A stretch of 64,000 nt of DNA from an uncultured Acidimicrobiales bacterium (GTDB lineage Bacteria; Actinomycetota; Acidimicrobiia; Acidimicrobiales; VFJN01): the NCBI GenBank assembly GCA_963735395.1, contig CAVTKV010000014.1, forward strand, positions 788 through 64,787, read 5' to 3'. This document shows positions 51,126 through 59,500 of the stretch, piece by piece. The notes beneath the pieces are model-generated. The model ran no database searches, was not told the origin of the DNA, and worked only from the letters and a program-made list of their open reading frames with translations. The translations under genes and the position numbers were made by a program. Each line of letters starts with the position of its first letter. The stretch's first letter is position 1.

Positions 51126-51954
51126 CTAGGGCGCCGCGGAGGCAGGACCACCCCCCTCCGGCGGCGTCGTGGAGGTGGTCGACGTGGACGTCGTGGTCGT
51201 GCTGCTCGTGGTCGTGGTGGGTGCCGTGGTCGTGGTCGGCTGGGTCGTCGCGGTGGTCGGCGGAGCCGTGGTGGCCGGCGGCGCGGTCGTGGGGACGGTC
51301 GCCGGGGCCGACGGGGCGGGCGTCGGTTCCGCGGTGGTGGGCGGGGCCGTGGTCACCGTGGTCGCCGTGGTCGACGGCGGCGTGCCGTCACCGTCGTCGC
51401 CATCGGTCACCAGGATCAGCGCCCCCAGCGCGACCAGGGCGGCGATGGCCACCAGGAGGACGGCGATGAGCGCCCGGCGTCGGCGTTCGCGACGTCGGCG
51501 GTCCGGGGGTACGGCCGCGGGGCCCTCGCCGCCCGGCGGGGCGCCGGGCACCGGGGGCGCGGTCGACTCCGCCGTGTCGGCGCCGGTGACCGCGATCGGG
51601 GCGGTGATGTCCTGGTCCGCCCCTGCGGCGACGTCGGGGGTGAGCTGCGTCGCTTCGGGATCGGGGTCCGGAGCGACGCCCGACGAGAGCTGTGTTGCCT
51701 CCGGGTCGGCTTCGGGGGTGAGCTGCGTCGCCTCCGGACCGGTCTCGGGCGTGAGCTGCGTCGCCTCCGGACCGGTCTCGGGCGTGAGCCTGGGCCGCCT
51801 CCGGACCGGTCTCGGGCGTGACCTGCGTCGCCTCCGGACCGGTCTCGGGCGTGAGCTGCGTCGCGTCCGGGTCGGCGGCCGCGTCGCTGGCGTCGTTCCC
51901 GGGGTTGTCGTCGGGGGCGGGATCGACGTCGTCGCCGTGCGTGTCGGAGGGCAT
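51126..51954 (-). CDS. Single-pass membrane protein with N-terminal 11-aa repeats and a Thr/Pro-rich external tail (one indel in the repeats)
   Basis: MPSDTHGDD..., (TQLTPETGPEA)n, RRRRERRRR followed by a TM helix, then TTTAPPTT. Confidence 0.7.
51640..51872 (-). repeat. 33-bp tandem repeat (about 4 near-perfect plus 2-3 degenerate units)
   Basis: gtgagctgcgtcgcctccggaccggtctcgggc repeated head to tail with no spacers. Confidence 0.9.
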
Positions 51955-52032
51955 GCCGACCAGGTTCTCATCCCGGGGGAGGGGGCCGTCGTCGACGAGG
52001 GGCTCGAGCGCGGCGCCAATAGCGTTCGGGGC

Positions 52033-52545
52033 ATGACGACACTGCAGGGCGCCGTCGCCCGGCTGCGGCCGGCCACCCCGGCCGACATCGCCGACCTGGT
52101 CGAGATCCGCCGGACGCAGCAGGTCTACGAACGCTGGCGGGGCGGTGACGACCTGGTCGCCGCGGTCGAGGAGGACCTGGCCGAGCCCGGCGTGACCGCC
52201 TACGTGATCGAGCTCGAGGGCCGAGTCGCCGGCTGGGTCCAATGGGGGGCCGAGGACGAGCCCGACTACCGGCACGCCAACATCGACATCTACGTCGACC
52301 CCGCGGTCCACGGTCGGGGCGTCGGCACCGACGCCGTCCGCACGCTCGCCCGGCACCTGATCGTCGACCACGGCTACCACCGCCTGGTCATCGACCCGGC
52401 GGCGGACAACGCCGCGGCCATCCGCGCCTACGCCAAGGTGGGGTTCCGCCCGGTCGGTGTCATGCGCCGCTACGAGCGCGGCCCGGACGGCACCTGGCAC
52501 GATGGCCTGCTCATGGACCTGCTCGCCGACGAGCTCACCGAGTGA
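52033..52545 (+). CDS. GNAT N-acetyltransferase (AAC(6')/RimJ-like)
   Basis: IDIYVDPAVHGRGVGTDAV, IDPAADNAAAIRAYAKVGFRPVGVMRRYER. Confidence 0.85.
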   Translation: MTTLQGAVARLRPATPADIADLVEIRRTQQVYERWRGGDDLVAAVEEDLAEPGVTAYVIELEGRVAGWVQWGAEDEPDYRHANIDIYVDPAVHGRGVGTDAVRTLARHLIVDHGYHRLVIDPAADNAAAIRAYAKVGFRPVGVMRRYERGPDGTWHDGLLMDLLADELTE

Positions 52546-52606
52546 GGGTAGACACTCCTGATCCGGTGGGCCTCGTGCGCGACGAGAGCGCCGCCATGAC
52601 AGGGGG

Positions 52607-53732
52607 ATGTCGATGTCCGAGAGCCAGGCTGCCTTCGCCGAGCTGCTCGCCACCGTGGGCGAGGTGGGCGACCGCTTCGCCGGGGCCGAGTGGGGCCTGA
52701 CCGACCCCGGCGACATCGCCGAGGGCCTGCGAGTCGTCGTGCACCACCTGGCCACCGGCATCGAGACGCAGTTCGAGGACGACGCCGCCCACCCCACGTT
52801 CCGCGCCATCGTCACCCCGTGGCGCAAGGCCCTGGGCGACAACGCGGATGCCCGCTACCACGACGCCCAGCGTCCACCCGGCCGGCACCTACCGGGTGCG
52901 GGGCCGCACGGCCGGGGCGGTCTACGTGTCGTTCACGGTCGAGGCCGGGGCCGAGGACGGGGCGTTCCCGTCGGGGACCGTGGGAGTGCTCAACGACACC
53001 CAGTTCGACGTCGCCGACGACGGCTCGTTCGAGCTCACGCTGGGCGGCCCGCCCCTGCGCCACGGCTGGCTGCCGCTGGCGGAGGATGCGTCTCGGGTGA
53101 CCGTGCGCCACTACTGGGAGGACGCGGCGTCGCCCCACGTCCCGCCCGTCCCCGACCTGGGACTCACCATCGAGCTGGTCGCCGGCGAGGCCGACGTGCC
53201 CGCCGCGCCGCCGGCGCCCACGGACGCCTCCATCGCCGCGTCGATCCGCCGGATGGCCACCTACGTCCGCAGCCGCACGCTCGACACGATGGCCAAGCCG
53301 GGCGAGGGCGAGGCGCCCGACTTCGTGTCACGCGTCCCCCACGTCTTCCCGCCGCCGGTACCGCCCGGCGCCCACGCGCTGGCCGCCGCCGATGCCGCCT
53401 ACAGCATGGCGCCGTACCTGCTCGGCCCCGACGAGGCCCTGGTCATGCGGGTCCGCTGGCCGGACTGCCGGTGCGCCAACGTGTCGCTGTGGAACCGCCA
53501 GCTCCAGACGTTCGACTACCTGCGCCACCCAGTCAGCCTCAACCGGGCCCAGGCCGTCGCCGGGCCGGACGGCACCGTCACGATGGTGATCGCCCACCGC
53601 GACCCGGGCGTCGCCAACTGGCTGTCGACCGAGGGGCGGCCGTTCGGCCTGGTGTTCTGGCGGTTCATGCTGCCCGGCGGCCCCATCGACACCCCGGCCG
53701 CCGAGGTCGTCCCGATCGACTCGCTCGCCTGA
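52607..53732 (+). CDS. DUF1214-domain protein (frameshift near 52870)
   Basis: KALGDNADARY, TYRVRG, SLWNRQLQTFDY...SLN, VIAHRDPGVANWLSTEG. Confidence 0.75.
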
Positions 53733-53851
53733 CCGCCGGCCGCCGGCCGCCGGCTGCCCGCGCCCAACCGGGCCGAGCCGCCGAACCCCGTACGAAAGCG
53801 GGGGCGACAGCCGCCGCTCGTGGACCACATCCGACGACACCCCCGGCGGAG

Positions 53852-55102
53852 TCAGCCGTCCTCGGGCGGCACCGCGAAGCGGGCCATGTACTCGGCCAGG
53901 TCGGTGCGCAGCGTCTCGGCGTCGAAGCCCCAGTCGGCCGCCGTGTACCGGTGGGTGCCGTGCTTGGCCCGGGGCTTGGCGGCCAGGTAGCGGGTGATCT
54001 CCTGCCGGTGCTCGTCGGTCAACTCGCGGCCGATCGACCGGTAGGCGCCGTCGATGGCGGCCGCGGGGTCGTCCATCAGGTCGGCGAACAGCACGTCGCC
54101 GTAGACGCCCGGCAGCGACCCGTCGTGACGGCGACGGGCGATGGTGTTGAGCGCGTCGGTGAAGAGGGCGCCGATGAGCACCGCCAGCACGTCGAGGTCG
54201 ACCCGGTCGGTGCGCAGCCACTGGACCATCGCCGTCGTGCTTACCGTCGAGGGCATCGTGCGGGCCGGGTCACGGTGGGTCACCACGACGCAGGCGTCGG
54301 GGTACGCGGCCAGCAGGTCGTCGAGCATGAACACGTAGCCCGGCGTCTTGAGCAGCCAGCGCCGCGCCGGCCGTCCGTGCTGCACGGTCTGCAGGATCGC
54401 CCGGTGGAAGGCGAGGTCGGCGGCCACGTCGGGCGTCCACCCGCCCTGGTCGGTCAGCACCATGGCCCAGTGGCTGCCGGCGAACGACGGGGCGCAGATC
54501 GTGATGCACTCGACCGGCAGGTCGGAGCGCAGCTCGTGGATGGCGTCGAACTCGGGCTGGACGTCGGCCCACAGCTCCTGCTCGGCCTCGGTCATGGCCC
54601 GGCGCTCGTCCTCGCCGCAGCCGGCGGGCAGCACGGGGTGGAGCACGTCGGTGGCGGTGGGCACGCGCAGCCCCGGGTCGAGCCCCAGCAGCTCGAACAG
54701 GATGGTGGTGCCCGACCGGGCGGGCCCGGTGACGACGACGGGCGCCGCAATCACCTCGTCGGCGATCGACGGCTCGCGCCGCCGCCGCTCGCCGACGAGG
54801 AAGCGGGTGCGCAGCCCGCGCAGCAGCTCCTCGCGGGTCATCATCCGCCCGACCACGTGCAGCTCGCTGGTGTTGACGGCGTCGACGAGCGCCCGCAGGC
54901 GCCCCTCCCAGTCGCCGTCGCCCAGGTCGCCCGCGTCGGCGATGCCTGTCGACGCCCGGGCGTGGTCGATCAGCTCGCCGGCGGCGAGCGGCACCAGCCG
55001 CCGGGCACCGCCGGTAGCCGGGCCCATGGCGTTCACCCGCCGCACCCAGTCCGGCCGCCGGTACCTGTCCGCCATCGGTGTCAGCCCCACGGGCGCAGTC
55101 AA
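53852..55102 (-). CDS. Sulfotransferase family protein
   Basis: VVTGPARSGTTILFELL (PAPS loop), WLLKTP, THRDP. Confidence 0.85.
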   Translation of the reverse strand: MTAPVGLTPMADRYRRPDWVRRVNAMGPATGGARRLVPLAAGELIDHARASTGIADAGDLGDGDWEGRLRALVDAVNTSELHVVGRMMTREELLRGLRTRFLVGERRRREPSIADEVIAAPVVVTGPARSGTTILFELLGLDPGLRVPTATDVLHPVLPAGCGEDERRAMTEAEQELWADVQPEFDAIHELRSDLPVECITICAPSFAGSHWAMVLTDQGGWTPDVAADLAFHRAILQTVQHGRPARRWLLKTPGYVFMLDDLLAAYPDACVVVTHRDPARTMPSTVSTTAMVQWLRTDRVDLDVLAVLIGALFTDALNTIARRRHDGSLPGVYGDVLFADLMDDPAAAIDGAYRSIGRELTDEHRQEITRYLAAKPRAKHGTHRYTAADWGFDAETLRTDLAEYMARFAVPPEDG

Positions 55103-55166
55103 CCACTCGCCGCGTCCTGGCGCTGCGGAACCTCCGGGGAGGACCTCGATCGAGGGACGGTGGGCG

Positions 55167-55544
55167 CTAGCCGGCCGCCGCGTCGGCCGCCTCGGCGGCC
55201 ATGGTGCGGTGGACCTCGTCCATGTCGAGCGCCCGGACCTGGCTGATCAGGTCCTCGAGCGCGGGGGCCGGCAGCGCGCCGGGCTGGGAGAACACGAGGA
55301 CGCCCTCGCGGAAGATCATCAGCGTCGGGATGGACATGATGCCGGCTGCACCGGCCAGGCCCTGCTCGGCCTCGGTGTCGACCTTGCCGAACACGATGTC
55401 GTCGTGGGTGGCGGCAGCGGCCTCGAACACCGGAGCGAACGCCCGGCACGGGCCGCACCACGACGCCCACCAGTCCACCAGCACGATGTCCTTGCCGGTC
55501 ACGGTCTGCTCGAAGGTCGAATCGGTGAGGTTGATGGTGCCCAC
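55167..55544 (-). CDS. trxA: Thioredoxin
   Basis: VLVDWWASWCGPCRAFAP, GIMSIPTLMIF. Confidence 0.9.
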   Translation of the reverse strand: MGTINLTDSTFEQTVTGKDIVLVDWWASWCGPCRAFAPVFEAAAATHDDIVFGKVDTEAEQGLAGAAGIMSIPTLMIFREGVLVFSQPGALPAPALEDLISQVRALDMDEVHRTMAAEAADAAAG

Positions 55545-55742
55545 GGGCGCGGCTCCTGTCGGTGGGATGTGCACACGACACAACAGCGTGACCCCGCAGG
55601 GTGTTCCACCCGGGTTCGACCACGGGCGATCGGTCAGCTCAGCTCGTCGATGAACTCCTGGCGGTCGGCACCGCCCGGAACCATCGATGACCCCTACGCT
55701 GCGCCAGCACCGCAACGCGACCCGCCGACGAGGTGACGGCTC

Positions 55743-56534
55743 ATGACCGACCGCTCCCCCGCACTCACGTACTCGTCGTACCTTGCGCTCGACGAGGTGC
55801 TGGGGGCCCAGCACCCGCGCTCCGACGAGCACGACGAGATGCTGTTCATCGTCATCCACCAGGTGTACGAGCTGTGGTTCAAGCAGCTCCTCCACGAGAC
55901 TGCTCACCTCCAGGGGCGGCTGGAGGACGGTGACACCCCGCACGCGCTGCACACCCTGCGCCGGGTGCTCACGATCCTCAAGGTGGCGGTCGCCCAGATC
56001 GACGTCCTCGAGACGATGACGCCGCGGCAGTTCCAGGGCTTCCGTGACCGGCTCGACGCGGCCAGCGGCTTCCAGTCGGCCCAGTTCCGCGAGCTCGAGG
56101 CCGTCCTCGGGCGGCGGGACCAGCGGGTGCTCGACCCGTACCCGGACGGCAGCCCGGGGCGCGAGCGGATCGCCCGGGCCATGGCGCGCGCGTCGCTGTT
56201 CGACTCGTTCCTGCGCTACCTGGCCAGCCAGGGCTACGACGTACCGGCCGACGCCGTCGGCCGCGACATCGCCGCAGCGTGGGAGCCGTCCGGCGCCGTC
56301 CAGCGGGTCCTGCTGCAGGTGTACCGCGACGACGGCGAGCCGGCCCAGGTGGCCGAGCGTCTGGTCGACGTCGACGAGGGCATGCAGGAGTGGCGCTACC
56401 GGCACGTGAAGATGGTCGAGCGCACCATCGGCACCCGCGCCGGCACCGGCGGATCGCCCGGAACGGCCTACCTGCGCACCACCCTGTCCACCCCGGCCTT
56501 CCCCGACCTGTGGGCCATCCGGAGCGAGCTGTGA
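55743..56534 (+). CDS. kynA: Tryptophan 2,3-dioxygenase
   Basis: EHDEMLFIVIHQVYELWFK, ASGFQSAQFRELE, WRYRHVKMVERTIG...GTGGS. Confidence 0.95.
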   Translation: MTDRSPALTYSSYLALDEVLGAQHPRSDEHDEMLFIVIHQVYELWFKQLLHETAHLQGRLEDGDTPHALHTLRRVLTILKVAVAQIDVLETMTPRQFQGFRDRLDAASGFQSAQFRELEAVLGRRDQRVLDPYPDGSPGRERIARAMARASLFDSFLRYLASQGYDVPADAVGRDIAAAWEPSGAVQRVLLQVYRDDGEPAQVAERLVDVDEGMQEWRYRHVKMVERTIGTRAGTGGSPGTAYLRTTLSTPAFPDLWAIRSEL

Positions 56535-57737
56535 TCGCCCTCGACGACCTGGCCACCACCCCCAACGCCCTGGCCCCGCACTACTCGCGGTTCCGGGTGG
56601 CCGATCGGCTCCTGCTGACCGGGCACTCGCACCAGGCGTGGCCCGACGTGGCCCGCGACGGGCAGGTCGAGGCGTTCGACGACGCGGCCGCCCTGGTCGA
56701 CGACAAGTGGGACCGCGCCGCCGCCCGCGCCGAGGACGTGCGGGCCGGGTTCCGCCGCCTGCTCGACGACCCCGACGGCGAGATCGCGCTCGGCGGCCAG
56801 CACGCACGAGCTGGTGGTCCGGCTGCTGTCCGGGCTCGACCTCGTCGGTGCCCGACCCCGGCTCGTCACCACAGCCGGCGAGTTCCACAGCCTGCGCCGG
56901 CAGCTCGCCCGCCTGGCCGAGGCGGGCCTGGAGGTCGTGCGGGTGGCGGTCGAGCCCGTGGAAACCCTGGCCGAGCGCCTGGCCGAGACCGTCGACGATC
57001 GCACCGCCGCGGTCCTGGTCTCGGCCGTGCTCTACGAGTCGGCCCGCGTCGTCCCCCACCTCGACGCCCTCGCCGAGGCGTGCCGGCGGCGGGACGTCGA
57101 GCTGGTCGTCGACGCCTACCACGCCCTGGGCGCCGTCCCGCTGCCCATCCACGAGCTGGGGCTCTCCTCCGCGTGGGTGACGGGCGGCGGGTACAAGTAC
57201 CTGCAGCTGGGCGAGGGCAACTGCTTCCTGCGCCTGCCCGACCACGCCGACCGGGTGCGTCCGGTGATCACCGGCTGGTTCGCCGAGTTCGACGAGCTGG
57301 CCGACGAGCACCAGCCCGACCGGGTGAGCTACGCCCCCGGAGCCCTGCGCTTCGCCGGCGCCACCTACGACCCGACCAGCAACTACCGGGCCGCCCGGGT
57401 CTTCCGCTTCTTCGCCGACCAGGGGCTCACCCCGGAGCTGCTGCGCGGGTCGTACCTCCACCAGCTCGAGGTGCTGGCCCGGCGCTTCGACGCCCTCGAC
57501 GTGCCCGACCACGTCATCACCCGCGACCGCCGCGCCCCCCTCACGGCCTTCGGTGGCTTCCTCGCCCTGCGGACACCCGAGGCCCAGCGGCTCCAGCGGG
57601 CGTTGCAGGCCCGTGGGGTGAGCACCGACAGCCGTGGCGACGTCCTGCGGCTCGGACCGGCGCCCTACCTCGCCGACGCCCAGCTCGAGGCGGCGGTCGA
57701 CGCCCTGGCCGAGGTCCTGGAGGCCGTCGCGTTGTGA
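56531..57737 (+). CDS. kynU: Kynureninase (frameshift near 56795)
   Basis: LLTGHSHQAWPD, VDAYHALG, GGGYKYLQLGEG (PLP Lys), TGWF. GTGA overlap with kynA. Confidence 0.85.
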
Positions 57738-57817
57738 CTGACCGCGAGCCGTTCGCGGCGCACCACCAGACGCATTCGTGATAGAAGCCCACCTGGCGGC
57801 AGGGCGGAAGGACGAGC

Positions 57818-58840
57818 GTGACGATCCTCGATCGACTCTCGGAAGGCGATCCATCGGCTACAGGGGCTGTCGATGTCGCGCGAGGCCTCGATCACATGCT
57901 GGGTCCGTACAGGTCCGCCCTCGGCGTACCGATGTCGACGGGCACTCGATCAGGGACGCTGGGGCAGACATCGTTGGGCCCGATGGACTACCCCACGATG
58001 CTGCCGGCACAGGCGCTGGTCGACGACGGCCTCCTGCCCGTGACCGCCTTGGAGAGCCACATGGTCCTCGGCATCTGGGGAGCGGGGGTCGTGTTCGATG
58101 AGTACACCGGAGACGCCTCTCCGGCTGTGTTCATCCAATCAGTCCTCCCCGACATCGTCGAGGTCAACGACGCGCCACCTCAGGTGGCCGACGCGGTGCG
58201 TGGCTACCTCAACGAGCTGTTCCGCGGCGAGGTCGAGTCCGGCACCGCCCTCGTGCTATTGCCCACTGCCCAGTCACTCACCGCGGTGAGCTGTTCGGGG
58301 AACGATGGAACTCTGGGCGCTCGGGTCACCGATCGCAACGGCAACGAGGCTTTCCTCACCGCCGGACATGTCGCACCGTACGCGCACCTGGCCGTCCACG
58401 ATGACACGATGGCCTTGGTAGGGCACGTCAGCGAAACCCGATCACCCGACAATGGGCAACCGGGTGACGACTGCGTCGACGTTGCCGTCATCAGCCGCCA
58501 CTCCGCCTACCCGTCGACGGCAGGCCCAGCCCACGCGACGACCGCAATCGCCCCAACGAAGCGCATGGACGTCACGGCTCTCACCAGCAACTCCACCACC
58601 ACCGCCTCGTGGCTCAAGGCAGTTAGCGCCAACTGGGTCGGTCCTGACCCTGCCTGCGGTGACTGGGCGGACGTTGCTGTCACACGCCATGCGATCTCGA
58701 TCGGTGGCGACTCGGGATCACTAGTCATCGCCGGCACCGACGGCCCGGTCGGCCACGTGGTCGGGGGCGACCCATCGTCATACACGCTGGTCCAAGACCT
58801 CTCGTTCCAGCTCAAATCCACAGGAGCGACGCTACGGTGA
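57818..58840 (+). CDS. Trypsin-like (S1/PA clan) serine protease with an N-terminal domain of about 150 aa and no signal peptide
   Basis: GTLGARV...FLTAGHV (His), CVDVAVI (Asp), SIGGDSGSLV (Ser), PVGHVVGG. Confidence 0.8.
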   Translation: MTILDRLSEGDPSATGAVDVARGLDHMLGPYRSALGVPMSTGTRSGTLGQTSLGPMDYPTMLPAQALVDDGLLPVTALESHMVLGIWGAGVVFDEYTGDASPAVFIQSVLPDIVEVNDAPPQVADAVRGYLNELFRGEVESGTALVLLPTAQSLTAVSCSGNDGTLGARVTDRNGNEAFLTAGHVAPYAHLAVHDDTMALVGHVSETRSPDNGQPGDDCVDVAVISRHSAYPSTAGPAHATTAIAPTKRMDVTALTSNSTTTASWLKAVSANWVGPDPACGDWADVAVTRHAISIGGDSGSLVIAGTDGPVGHVVGGDPSSYTLVQDLSFQLKSTGATLR

Positions 58841-58844
58841 CGTT

Positions 58845-59054
58845 GTGGCCAGTTCGCCGCGCGATGACGTGCAGATCTTTGCAGCGCGCCTGCGATCGAG
58901 CGACCTCCTGGTGGGGTGGAGCGTCGATGACGACGACCGCGTCGTCACGTTCTACGTACGCGAGAACCGAACACTTCCGCCGTTTCCGTCGACTATCGGC
59001 GAGTACTCGATCGAGCTCGTTCCGTCACCCCCAGCCCAGGCGTTGGGCAGCTGA
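58845..59054 (+). CDS. Small hypothetical protein, protease-prodomain-like
   Basis: Starts 4 nt after the protease stop; LVGWSVDDDDRVVTFYV...PSTIGEYSIELV. Confidence 0.55.
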   Translation: MASSPRDDVQIFAARLRSSDLLVGWSVDDDDRVVTFYVRENRTLPPFPSTIGEYSIELVPSPPAQALGS

Positions 59055-59096
59055 ACTCTCCGAAGGGCAGGCCCACACGCACCGGAGTTTCGACAC

Positions 59097-59480
59097 TTGC
59101 TGACGACGATCCTCGCCGAGGCCGCATCTCGGGAACCGACTGAGCTCACCGAGCGGGTGGTCAACGCCAGCCTCATCGTCGGCGTGCTGCTTATGGTGGG
59201 CGCAGGCGTCGTCGCAGCCTTCGAGCTCGCGAGTGCTGCCAAGGTCGCAGCTGTCGCGACCAAGGCGACGGAAGGGGCAAGGGACGCCGCGACGCCGACG
59301 GGCGACAAGGAGGGCGACGCACAGAAGCAGAGTGCGGTCGCTACCGCAGTCAGCGCCGTCGCCTCGCTCGCCACCGCATTGAAGGACCTCGATCGATCGA
59401 CCCGCATGATGACGCTGGCGCTGGCGTTCTTCGCCGTCGCCGCCGTCACCGCAGGTGCAGATGCGATAGCCGCGTCGTAG
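59097..59480 (+). CDS. Small two-TM membrane protein
   Basis: Hydrophobic LIVGVLLMVGAGVVAAF and MMTLALAFFAVAAVTAGA segments flank a polar linker and an amphipathic helix; SD GGAG. Confidence 0.6.
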   Translation: MLTTILAEAASREPTELTERVVNASLIVGVLLMVGAGVVAAFELASAAKVAAVATKATEGARDAATPTGDKEGDAQKQSAVATAVSAVASLATALKDLDRSTRMMTLALAFFAVAAVTAGADAIAAS

Positions 59481-59500
59481 CCGAGGTCGGGATGCCGCCG

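Noticed and set aside
51640-51872. 33-bp repeats as a CRISPR array
   Set aside because: The units are contiguous with no unique spacers, their length is a multiple of 3, they lie in frame in a CDS, and no cas genes are present.
52033-52545. Aminoglycoside resistance gene
   Set aside because: GNAT motifs do not establish the substrate, and there is no mobile context.
52545-52580. Possible further SigG-like promoter on the minus strand
   Set aside because: The -35 match is poor (GCACGA), the spacer is 19 nt, and it points antisense into the GNAT gene.
53765-53825. GAAA-loop hairpin with loose resemblance to a c-di-GMP-I riboswitch
   Set aside because: It lies between convergent 3' ends and lacks the conserved GCAAA and second-stem elements. 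It is more likely a terminator-like hairpin or chance.
59097-59480. Bacterial gasdermin as the CHAT/trypsin substrate
   Set aside because: The protein is too short and helical/hydrophobic, and lacks the beta-rich gasdermin character.
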